Counted from the stretch's first letter, positions 50,095 to 58,370 are shown. The stretch is 64,000 nucleotides of DNA from Chitinophagales bacterium (GCA_020848475.1 JADKZZ010000042.1:4243-68242); one strand, 5' to 3'. Made by a program: numbers and translations. The notes: generated by a model not told the origin, from the sequence alone.

Positions 50095-50841
50095 GTGAAT
50101 AATAGCAAGAAAACTGGATTTATTGCCGCTGTCGTTGTTGTAGCGCTGTTTCCATTATTATTTTTCTTGTTTTTTAATAAACTCAATAATCACAGACCGA
50201 CCTTAGAAACGGATAGATGTTTACCTATTTATGGGCCAAAACAAGCTTTTCCATCTACAGATTATAGAGGTAGAGATATCATAGATACAGCTTATTTTAA
50301 AGTTCCTGATTTTTCTTTCCTTGATCAAAATGGCGATACCGTTACACAGGAATTAATGAACGGAAAAGTTACTGTAGTAGATTTCTTTTTTACTACTTGT
50401 AAAAATATTTGTATCGATATGACATCGAATTTGCATAAAGTACAAGAAACTTTTATTACAGATAGAGATGTTTTAATTTTATCGCATACAGTTGACCCAG
50501 CTGCTGACTCTGTACAACAATTATTCCATTATGCTGTTGAAAAAGATGTAAATTCTAAAATGTGGCGTTTATTAACTGGCGATAAAAAAGCTATTTATAA
50601 ACAAGCACGTGTTGGCTATTTTATCACAGCCGACCAAGGTGATGGCGGTCCTTCGGATTTTATACACGATCAGAAATTTGTGGTCATTGATAAAGAAAAA
50701 AGAATTCGTGGCTATTACGATGGCACAGACAAAGCAGCCGTTGACCAAATGATAAAAGATATTCAAATGCTATTGGTCAGCTACATCGTTCCAATGAAAA
50801 AAGACGACCCTAAATACAAGAAAACAAAAAACACGAAATAG
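50095..50841 (+). CDS. SCO1/SenC family copper chaperone
   Basis: The protein has an N-terminal anchor helix. The thioredoxin-fold CxxxC motif lies in FFFTTCKNICIDM. The conserved downstream His lies in DFIHDQKFVVIDKEKRIRGYY. The start codon is GTG at 50095. Confidence 0.85.
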   Translation: MNNSKKTGFIAAVVVVALFPLLFFLFFNKLNNHRPTLETDRCLPIYGPKQAFPSTDYRGRDIIDTAYFKVPDFSFLDQNGDTVTQELMNGKVTVVDFFFTTCKNICIDMTSNLHKVQETFITDRDVLILSHTVDPAADSVQQLFHYAVEKDVNSKMWRLLTGDKKAIYKQARVGYFITADQGDGGPSDFIHDQKFVVIDKEKRIRGYYDGTDKAAVDQMIKDIQMLLVSYIVPMKKDDPKYKKTKNTK

Positions 50842-50887
50842 TGTTTTATCTTTTGTAATTCCAATTTATTTTTATTTAATTAAGCTT

Positions 50888-51442
50888 ATGAATAATAATG
50901 TATTTCAAGCAATGATTACAAAAAACGATAAATTAGCATATATCGTTATCGGTTTTTTTTCCTTACTGATTTTTTTCGCTATCACAGCATTGGCACGCGT
51001 AAAAATAGATGTAAACTTAGGGTTTGATCCACATATTTTTGCAACAATAAATGCTTCCATTAATTTTATGGTCTCCTTATTGTTGCCTACTGGTATCTAT
51101 TTTGCAAAACAAAAAAAATATGATGCTCATCGAAAGGTGATGATGATTGCTATCGTTTTGTCTTCATTGTTTCTAATCAGTTATGTGTTGCATCATTTAT
51201 TGACAAATTCAACACCATATCCGAAAGACGCAGGCAACATCAAATATTTCTACTATTTTATCTTAATCACACATATCATCTTGGCAGGCATTATTTTGCC
51301 ATTTGTTTTGCTAACAGCCTATCGTGCCGCAACAGCTGAATTTCAAAAACATAAAAAGATTGCACGAATTGCTTTTCCAATATGGTGGTATGTGAGCATT
51401 ACTGGCGTGATTGTATATTGTATGATTTCGCCATATTATTAA
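50888..51442 (+). CDS. DUF420 (CtaM-like) membrane protein
   Basis: This is a four-helix membrane protein of 184 aa in the oxidase biogenesis neighbourhood. The segment HRKVMMIAIVLSSLFLISYVLHH resembles DUF420. Confidence 0.7.
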   Translation: MNNNVFQAMITKNDKLAYIVIGFFSLLIFFAITALARVKIDVNLGFDPHIFATINASINFMVSLLLPTGIYFAKQKKYDAHRKVMMIAIVLSSLFLISYVLHHLLTNSTPYPKDAGNIKYFYYFILITHIILAGIILPFVLLTAYRAATAEFQKHKKIARIAFPIWWYVSITGVIVYCMISPYY

Positions 51443-51486
51443 CGCTATATTCATTTTTATAAGTTCGTTTTTTTGTACTTTTGAAT

Positions 51487-51717
51487 ATGTTCATTAGAAA
51501 ATATATTAGCTTAATTCTTGTAGCGCTATTGAGTAGTAATAGTTTCTTTATGCAAGCACAATGTGCAATGTGTAAAGGCACCGTGCAAACCTCTGACTAT
51601 GCTAAAAGCATCAACTTGGGTATCGAATATATGTTGATTGTGCCGATAGTTTTAATCAGTCTTATCGCATATTTATGGATGAAAAATAAAGATAAATTCC
51701 TGTCTAAGGAAAGTTAA
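51487..51717 (+). CDS. Small (76 aa) signal-peptide / CxxC / C-terminal-helix protein of unknown function
   Basis: The ATG at 51487 gives MFIRKYISLILVALLSSNSFFMQAQ, followed by CAMCKG. A single C-terminal helix (YMLIVPIVLISLIAYLW) follows. It is on the same strand and 38 nt (44 nt to the ATG at 51487) after the DUF420 gene. Confidence 0.45.
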   Translation: MFIRKYISLILVALLSSNSFFMQAQCAMCKGTVQTSDYAKSINLGIEYMLIVPIVLISLIAYLWMKNKDKFLSKES

Positions 51718-51735
51718 AATATCGCACTTTCCACT

Positions 51736-52983
51736 ATGTCATTAATTTATAAAATAACTAAGCCTTCTTCTGATTGTATTCAAGGAGAAGTGCAATTAAA
51801 TGGCTCTAAGAGTATCAGCAATCGCGTTTTGATAATTGATGCCTTGTGCAATCATCAATTACAGCTAGAAAATATTTCTAATGCAGATGATACAGTTTTC
51901 TTACAACAAATATTACAATCTAATGATGCTGTTTTAGATGCTGGTGCCGGTGGCACTACATTCCGCTTTTTAACGGCTTATTTGTCCACGCAAGAAGGTA
52001 GAGAAGTCGTGTTGACAGGTAGCGAACGCATGCAACAGCGTCCTATAAAAATTTTAGTTGATGCTTTATTGCAATTAGGTGCAGATATTTCTTATGAAAA
52101 TAATGAGGGATTTCCACCACTTCGAATAAGAGGTAAAAGATTAAAAGGAGGAAAAATTAGTTTGCCTGCTGATACTTCTTCACAATATATCACGGCACTA
52201 TTATTAATTGCACCTACCTTACAAGAAGGTTTAACATTGGAGTTAATTGGTAAAATTGTTTCTGTACCATATATAAAAATGACACTCAAAATAATGGAAT
52301 ATTTTGGAGTAAAATCGACATTTACTAATAATATAATTACAGTAGAAAGTTGCCAATACGAGCCAAAACCTTTTTATATTGAAGGCGATTGGAGTGCAGC
52401 TTCTTACTACTATTCCATTGCCATTTTAGCAAAAGAAGCTGCAATAACTTTAAAAGGATTGACGGCTCAACAAATACAAGGCGATGCCGTAATTGCAGAT
52501 ATTGCAACTAAATTTGGTGTGCAAACTACTTATAATAATAACGCTGTTACATTGAATAAAACAGCACAAGTACAGCCAGCACATTTCCAATATGATTTTT
52601 TGGAATGTCCAGATTTAGCACAAACTGTAGTGAGCTTTTGTGCCGCATTGCAAACCGCTATGAATTGTAATGGATTGCAAACACTACGTATCAAAGAAAC
52701 AGATAGAATTGCTGCATTGGATATTGAGTTGCAAAAATTAGGTTTAGCTTCACTTGTTGAAATTGATAGCAATGCTTGGAAGCTTAATATTTTAGATCAG
52801 TCGCAAATAAATATAAACTTACCTATTCATACTTACGAAGATCATAGAATGGCAATGGCATTTGCACCACTAGTCATAAAAACAAATGAAATATTAATCG
52901 AAGAACCGAATGTTGTTACAAAATCATATCCATTATTTTGGAAAGATCTGGCAACACTAGGTTTTACTATATCATCGATTTAA
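51736..52983 (+). CDS. aroA: 3-phosphoshikimate 1-carboxyvinyltransferase (EPSP synthase)
   Basis: The segments LNGSKSISNRVLII, AGAGGTTFRFLTA, RMQQRPI, and RIKETDRI followed by DHRMAMAF are all present. Confidence 0.93.
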   Translation: MSLIYKITKPSSDCIQGEVQLNGSKSISNRVLIIDALCNHQLQLENISNADDTVFLQQILQSNDAVLDAGAGGTTFRFLTAYLSTQEGREVVLTGSERMQQRPIKILVDALLQLGADISYENNEGFPPLRIRGKRLKGGKISLPADTSSQYITALLLIAPTLQEGLTLELIGKIVSVPYIKMTLKIMEYFGVKSTFTNNIITVESCQYEPKPFYIEGDWSAASYYYSIAILAKEAAITLKGLTAQQIQGDAVIADIATKFGVQTTYNNNAVTLNKTAQVQPAHFQYDFLECPDLAQTVVSFCAALQTAMNCNGLQTLRIKETDRIAALDIELQKLGLASLVEIDSNAWKLNILDQSQININLPIHTYEDHRMAMAFAPLVIKTNEILIEEPNVVTKSYPLFWKDLATLGFTISSI

Positions 52984-53548
52984 TTTTGGTAAACATATAA
53001 AAAGGACAATCTACAGAAGTTAGATTTATTAAAGCCTCTGGAATACTGCCTCCAGACGAACCCAATGCCTGATGTATTAGCTCGATTTGGCCATTGCCAA
53101 GTGGAACAATTTTGAAATATGCTTTCATTTTCGGAATACGTACATACTTATCATTCAATGGTAATAAGTTGGGCGCAGCATCTAAATTAATTAAGATAGC
53201 ACCTTTCGCATCTTGCGAATTAAAAGTCATGTGTGTTATAGTTTCTCTTGTTTTTATAAATGGTGCAGAAATCGTCATGTAAGTATAGTAATCATTGTCA
53301 CTTACGCGTTTCAACACTTTTACGCTACCTTCATCTACCTTATACATCCATTGGTCATACTTAGCTGTGTTTTTTAAAAATGCCAACATTTTTTCTGTTG
53401 ATGTATTGATAATAGTTGATACTTTAAATTCTTTAATTGCTGTGCCAGCAACCTTTCTATTCCATACTTTAATACCATTTTTGTCTTTCTCTAATTTCCA
53501 ATTTTCTTGCGCGAAAGTAGATGTTGCCAATAAGGTTAAGGATAACAA
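52967..53548 (-). CDS. START/SRPBCC-like lipid-binding domain protein; N-terminus interrupted (see findings)
   Basis: The pattern W.LEKDKNGIKVWNRKV.G..IKEFK, then W, then GGSIPEALIN matches bacterial START domains. The track start is a TTG immediately after an in-frame TAA. Confidence 0.55.
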   Translation of the reverse strand: MLSLTLLATSTFAQENWKLEKDKNGIKVWNRKVAGTAIKEFKVSTIINTSTEKMLAFLKNTAKYDQWMYKVDEGSVKVLKRVSDNDYYTYMTISAPFIKTRETITHMTFNSQDAKGAILINLDAAPNLLPLNDKYVRIPKMKAYFKIVPLGNGQIELIHQALGSSGGSIPEALINLTSVDCPFYMFTKIKSMI

Positions 53549-53712
53549 TAAAAATACTTAGTTTTTCATTTTTTCAATTTGACTAATTTATACAAATAAC
53601 ATGCCTATTTTGATGGCATTTTTTGATAACAAACAAAAATAATAATTGTTTGAAAATTGTTTTCTTTCATCAAAAATATTGATGTACAATTAATGCAACA
53701 GCGTGTAGTAGT

Positions 53713-54750
53713 TTATACTATTTCTTGTGGAATATAGTTGACCTGTGTTGAATCATCATAATAAAATTGTTGAGCCCACATTCTGTATTGAGCAACAGGA
53801 CCATCACCTTTAGCTAATATCGGAGGATCTATATAGATTTTATTTTCCCAAATTTTAAAATCTAAACTTACATCATGACAATAGCCTTTATAGGCGCCAT
53901 CTAAAAGTAGCTTGTGTGCCAACTTATTAGGAATAAAATTTAATAAAGGAGTTATTTTATTAAATTTTTTCAGCTTTTTAATACTTACACCAATGCGCAA
54001 TTTTAACTTGCCTTTATCTGTCGGTGTTGGCAATACAAAATGACGAGTTTCCATGCCTAGGTCAGCAATTTCTGTTTGAACAAATGAATAACCTAAGCCA
54101 TGCACATGTACATTAAATTCTGTGCGTATAGTTCTTTTTTTACCAACAAAATCAGCAACGCGATTCATCGCATATTTGGCGTATAAGTAATGTTCATGAC
54201 TTTCCATTTCATGCAATGTTTCTACGCCAGTGTAACCATGTACGATGCCGAAATGACCAACATCTACGCTGTTTTCTGAGGTTTCTTGTGGATGCGAATT
54301 GAAATCATATTCTGCAAAACGCACTGCTGTCCATTCGCTCCAATCTTCTTGTGGAACATGCCAAGTTGGTGCCGCATTTTTTTCATCAAACCAAATTAAA
54401 ATCAAATCATTTTTCTCATCAAAATGATAAACTGGTAATTTTAATTTTGAAGATGGTTTAGAACCATAACCAGTAGCCGTACAATCGCCTTTTGTATCGA
54501 AACAGAAATGATGAAATGGACATTTTATGCTGTCACCTTCAATGATGCCACCATAGCCTAAATGACCACCCATGTGCGGACAGTAAGGGTCGCTAACACT
54601 AAGTTCGCCGCTCTCTGTTCGAAATAACAGAATATCTTTCCCAGCAAATCTTCGTGTGATAATTTCACCATTTTTTACTTCATGTGAATGTGCTAGCACA
54701 TACCAGCCGTTTGGAAATGGTTTTAAAGGAATGCGTTTGTACGAAGCCAT
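53713..54750 (-). CDS. Rieske [2Fe-2S] non-heme iron oxygenase (KshA/neverland-like architecture)
   Basis: The Rieske motif is CPHMGGHLG, then 16 residues, then CPFHHFCF. The mononuclear iron motif is ENSVDVGHFGIVHG (D-x2-H-x4-H). Length is 345 aa. Confidence 0.85.
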   Translation of the reverse strand: MASYKRIPLKPFPNGWYVLAHSHEVKNGEIITRRFAGKDILLFRTESGELSVSDPYCPHMGGHLGYGGIIEGDSIKCPFHHFCFDTKGDCTATGYGSKPSSKLKLPVYHFDEKNDLILIWFDEKNAAPTWHVPQEDWSEWTAVRFAEYDFNSHPQETSENSVDVGHFGIVHGYTGVETLHEMESHEHYLYAKYAMNRVADFVGKKRTIRTEFNVHVHGLGYSFVQTEIADLGMETRHFVLPTPTDKGKLKLRIGVSIKKLKKFNKITPLLNFIPNKLAHKLLLDGAYKGYCHDVSLDFKIWENKIYIDPPILAKGDGPVAQYRMWAQQFYYDDSTQVNYIPQEIV

Positions 54751-54854
54751 AGTTCGATTAATGTAGTTTTTTACAAAAATAAACCAAATTTGTAATTCTA
54801 GTTACGATTTCCATCATGAGTAATTTGATAACAAATTATTAACGAATCATTTTG

Positions 54855-54868
54855 ACCAAACGTTTGGT
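54855..54868. promoter_or_regulatory. Perfect 14-bp palindrome ACCAAACGTTTGGT (candidate operator)
   Basis: I read it directly in the divergent intergenic region between the Rieske oxygenase and the acyl-CoA dehydrogenase. Its AAACGTTT core with a central CG resembles LacI/PurR-type operators. Confidence 0.35.
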
Positions 54869-54872
54869 AATT

Positions 54873-54886
54873 CAATGCATGCATTG
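54873..54886. promoter_or_regulatory. Perfect 14-bp palindrome CAATGCATGCATTG (candidate operator)
   Basis: I read it directly; it lies 4 bp downstream of the first palindrome. Confidence 0.3.
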
Positions 54887-54987
54887 TATTTTTAATTACA
54901 TAAAAATAAAAAGTGTCATTTTGTAGCATATTACTTTCGGCTATAAATGATAGTAAAAGAATTAAAAAATAAACTAAAAAAAGTACA

Positions 54988-56787
54988 ATGAGCGAAACAT
55001 TAACTGAAGTAAAAAACTTGCTGAATGGTGGTGAGTTTTTAGTTAAATCATCAAATTTCCAAGACGTATTTACACCAGAGGATTTGAATGAAGAACAACT
55101 GATGATAGTTGATACGGTGAAGTCATTTGTGGAAACTGAAATAACACCAATCTACGACAGAATTGAACACCAAGAGCCTGGTTTAACAGAATCATTATTA
55201 GTAAAAGCTGGCGAGTTAGGTTTGTTGGGTTTGGCAATTCCTGAAGAATATGGCGGCATGGGCAAAGATTTTAATACCAATTCATTGTTGGTCGAAAATT
55301 TAGCTAAATCTCGTTCTTTTTCATTATCACTTGGAGCACATATTGGCATTGGCACTTTGCCGATTGTCTATTTTGGCAACGAACAACAAAAAACACACTA
55401 TTTGCCGAAGTTAGCCAGTGGCGAGCTAAAAGCTTGTTATTGCTTAACGGAACCTAGTTCTGGCTCTGATGCATTAGGCGCGAAAACGGTAGCAATTTTA
55501 AATGAAGAAGGCACACATTACATTGTTAATGGTCAGAAAATGTGGATTACAAACTCTGGATTTGCTGATGTTTTTATCGTTTTCTGTCAAATTGGTGGCG
55601 ATAAATTTTCATGCTTGATTTTAGAGAAAGATATGCCAGGCTTGACATTAGGAGCAGAAGAAAAGAAAATGGGCATTAAAGGTTCTTCAACACGTCAGGT
55701 ATTTTTGGAAAATGTAAAAGTACCGAAAGAAAATTTATTAGGTGAAATTGGAAAAGGTCATTTAATCGCATTTAATATCTTAAATATTGGTCGTTATAAA
55801 TTAGCAGCAGGCGTGTTAGGTGGTTCAAAATCAGCCTTAGAGCAATCTTTAAAATATGCGGAAGAACGTCAACAATTTAAAACACCGATTTCAAATTTCG
55901 GCGCAATTCAACACAAATTAGCGGAAATGACTACACGTATTTATGCACTACAAAGTGCGTGTTATCGTGCTTCTGATATGATTGATAATAAAGAAAAGGA
56001 ATTAGTTGCACAAGGTAAACCTTACCAAGAAGCTATCATGATGGCAGCTGAAGAATATGCTATTGAATGCTCTCTATTAAAATTCATTGGTTCTGAAGTT
56101 TTAGATTATTGTGTTGATGAAAATGTACAAATTCATGGTGGTATGGGTTACTCTGAAGAATTAGCGGCAGCTGGCGCATATAGAGATGCACGTATCAATA
56201 GAATCTTTGAAGGTACCAATGAAATCAATCGTTTGCTCTCTGTAGATATGTTGTTAAAGCGCGCTATGAGTGGCAAAATAGATATGATGACTCCAGCATT
56301 AGCTGTGCAAAAAGAATTGATGAGTGTGCCTGATTTTAGTGCCAATGAAGATAGCGAGCCATTGGCTGCGGAATTAAAGGCAGTACAAAATGCTAAAAAA
56401 GCTATTTTAATGACAGCAGGTGCCGCAGTTCAAAAGTTGATGAAACAACTCAAAAATGAACAAGAAATATTAATGAATATCGCGGACATGTTGGCGGAAG
56501 TGTATGCCTTGGAGTCAACTGTATTACGCACACAAAAACTAATTACAAATAATGGCGAAGCTGCTGTTGCTGTACAAATTGATATGACGAAAATTGCAAT
56601 TTCTGATGGTATGGAAAGAATCAATTTATATGGCAAACATGCCTTACAAGCTTTTGGTGAAGGTGATGAATTGCGCATCATGTTAATGGGTTTAAAACGT
56701 TATACAAAATATGACATTGTGAATACAAAAGATGCTCGCAGACGTGTTGCAGCAAAAGTGTTAGAGGCAAATACTTATTGTTTCTAA
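54988..56787 (+). CDS. Long-form acyl-CoA dehydrogenase (599 aa)
   Basis: The acyl-CoA dehydrogenase motifs are present: CLTEPSSGSDA, WITNSGFADVF, QIHGGMGY and RIFEGTNEINRL. A C-terminal helical extension is also present. Confidence 0.9.
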   Translation: MSETLTEVKNLLNGGEFLVKSSNFQDVFTPEDLNEEQLMIVDTVKSFVETEITPIYDRIEHQEPGLTESLLVKAGELGLLGLAIPEEYGGMGKDFNTNSLLVENLAKSRSFSLSLGAHIGIGTLPIVYFGNEQQKTHYLPKLASGELKACYCLTEPSSGSDALGAKTVAILNEEGTHYIVNGQKMWITNSGFADVFIVFCQIGGDKFSCLILEKDMPGLTLGAEEKKMGIKGSSTRQVFLENVKVPKENLLGEIGKGHLIAFNILNIGRYKLAAGVLGGSKSALEQSLKYAEERQQFKTPISNFGAIQHKLAEMTTRIYALQSACYRASDMIDNKEKELVAQGKPYQEAIMMAAEEYAIECSLLKFIGSEVLDYCVDENVQIHGGMGYSEELAAAGAYRDARINRIFEGTNEINRLLSVDMLLKRAMSGKIDMMTPALAVQKELMSVPDFSANEDSEPLAAELKAVQNAKKAILMTAGAAVQKLMKQLKNEQEILMNIADMLAEVYALESTVLRTQKLITNNGEAAVAVQIDMTKIAISDGMERINLYGKHALQAFGEGDELRIMLMGLKRYTKYDIVNTKDARRRVAAKVLEANTYCF

Positions 56788-56814
56788 TCTCAATATGTTT
56801 GACACTTTTTATAA

Positions 56815-56848
56815 TAAAAAATGCTTGGTAGATGCCAAGCATTTTTTA
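56815..56848. terminator. Bidirectional rho-independent terminator between convergent genes
   Basis: The stem pairs ATGCTTGG (56821-56828) with CCAAGCAT (56835-56842). A run of As lies upstream and a run of Ts downstream, so it can function on both strands. Confidence 0.8.
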
Positions 56849-56934
56849 TTATTATTTGTTGATAGATGATTAAGGATAAATCGTGTCTGTTTGCTATAGT
56901 ATGTAAATTAATTTATAGAATTAATTTATTGCCA

Positions 56935-57387
56935 TCATATTCCATCAGGAATGTTTGGTTCTACTAATTTTTTTAATTTCTCAAGCGATTCTTGCCAACC
57001 TAAGTAGCACATTTCTACTGGAATTGCTGCAGGTATATTTTCTTGTGTGATTTTTATTTCAGTGCCGCAGATAACTTGTTTTATGCAAACGGAAGTAATC
57101 ATTACATCAGGCATATTTGGGTCTTCAAATACATCTGTGTATTGTATAAAAGAATTTTCTTGCAGCTCCAAATATTGGCCACCAAAAGAGTGGCTATTGC
57201 CAGTGCTAAAATTGATGAAAGACATCTTATATTTTCCACCAACTCTCGGATTCATTTCATGTACTACACAGGTAAAACCATAAGGTGGTAGCCACGCTAC
57301 CATCGCATCAGCTTGTGTAAACGCACGATATACTTTCTCAGGTGATGTTGCGAGAATTCGATGTAAAGTGACGCTATTGTTCTCCAT
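56935..57387 (-). CDS. SRPBCC (AHSA1/Aha1-domain) family protein
   Basis: The segment LHRILATSPEKVYRAFTQADAMVAWLPP...GGKYKMSF is typical of Activator-of-Hsp90-ATPase-homolog-like SRPBCC proteins. Confidence 0.75.
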   Translation of the reverse strand: MENNSVTLHRILATSPEKVYRAFTQADAMVAWLPPYGFTCVVHEMNPRVGGKYKMSFINFSTGNSHSFGGQYLELQENSFIQYTDVFEDPNMPDVMITSVCIKQVICGTEIKITQENIPAAIPVEMCYLGWQESLEKLKKLVEPNIPDGI

Positions 57388-57403
57388 AAATATATATTAC
57401 AAG

Positions 57404-57838
57404 TTACTTTTCAATATTGCTTACATTAAACATCCATTGTACACCAAATTTATCGGAACAACAACCCCAATAGCCCCAAAATTCATCGTGAGGTGCAACC
57501 GCATTTTTACTGCCATTATTAAGCGCTGTAAATAGCCTGTCTTCTTCGGCTTTGCTATCAGGATTTAAGCTTATTGTTATATTATTTCCAAGCACCAGCT
57601 GATGACCCATGCTTTCTAACATATCTGTTGCCATTAATTGTGTGCCATATACAGTAATTGCTACATGCATCACTTTTTTCTTGTCTTCATCACTTAATGG
57701 TGGCATGCCTTCTTGATCAGGCATATCACCAATACGCATCAACGGTGTGGAATATTCTGTGTTAAATACTTTTTTATAATGCTCGAATGCTTCTTCTGCA
57801 TTACCCATATAATTCAAATAGATTGATACAAATGCCAT
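57404..57838 (-). CDS. VOC (glyoxalase/PhnB-like) family protein
   Basis: The N-terminus IYLNYMGNAEEAFEHYKKVF and the C-terminus FWGYWGCCSDKFGVQWMFN resemble PhnB-like or 3-demethylubiquinone-methyltransferase-domain VOC proteins. Confidence 0.7.
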   Translation of the reverse strand: MAFVSIYLNYMGNAEEAFEHYKKVFNTEYSTPLMRIGDMPDQEGMPPLSDEDKKKVMHVAITVYGTQLMATDMLESMGHQLVLGNNITISLNPDSKAEEDRLFTALNNGSKNAVAPHDEFWGYWGCCSDKFGVQWMFNVSNIEK

Positions 57839-58004
57839 GTTATATTTTTATTTATTAAAAGTAATACATCGAAATGAATAATTTTACATTTTTTAGACTT
57901 GTCTAAAAATTATTTTTATTCTGTTTAAATAATAGTATTTCAATACTTTTTATCACTATTATAATGCAATAACTTTTTATTCTGTAAAGTGTTATTTTTA
58001 TACA

Positions 58005-58298
58005 ATGGAAATTCAACACCAAAAACAAAATAATCAAGGCGTTTTTTTTATTGCTAATGAAGATGGAGAACACTTAGCTTCAATGACCTACATAATGGAT
58101 ACACCAACTATTATACGGATTGAACATACGTCAGTAAGTGAGCAATTAGCAGGACAAGGCATTGGAAAAAAATTAGTAGAAGCAGGTGTAAATTTTGCAC
58201 GTGAACATCAATATAAAATTATTCCAGCATGCTCTTATGCACGCGCTTTAATCGAAAAAACAGAAACGTATCACGATGTTTGGCAGCGTGAAGTTTAA
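58005..58298 (+). CDS. Small GNAT-fold N-acetyltransferase (YjdJ-like, 97 aa)
   Basis: The segment VSEQLAGQGIGKKLVEAGVNFAREHQYKIIPACSYA matches the single-domain GNAT_acetyltran family pattern. Confidence 0.7.
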   Translation: MEIQHQKQNNQGVFFIANEDGEHLASMTYIMDTPTIIRIEHTSVSEQLAGQGIGKKLVEAGVNFAREHQYKIIPACSYARALIEKTETYHDVWQREV

Positions 58299-58346
58299 TG
58301 AAAATCTAATTGAATTGGAGGAATAAATTCTCTCTTATAAAAGAAG

Positions 58347-58354
58347 TATCTTTG
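58347..58354 (+). promoter_or_regulatory. Candidate -7 promoter box (TATCTTTG) for the DUF4286 gene
   Basis: The sequence matches TAnnTTTG exactly and lies 17 nt upstream of the ATG at 58371. Confidence 0.4.
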
Positions 58355-58370
58355 TGTCATAATTTAATAC

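Noticed and set aside
53601-53625. A hairpin, ATGCC-N9-GGCAT followed by TTTTT, considered as a terminator between the Rieske and START-like genes.
   Set aside because: The T-run is on the plus strand while both flanking genes are on the minus strand. The stem is only 5 bp with a 9-nt loop, so it is not a credible terminator for either gene.
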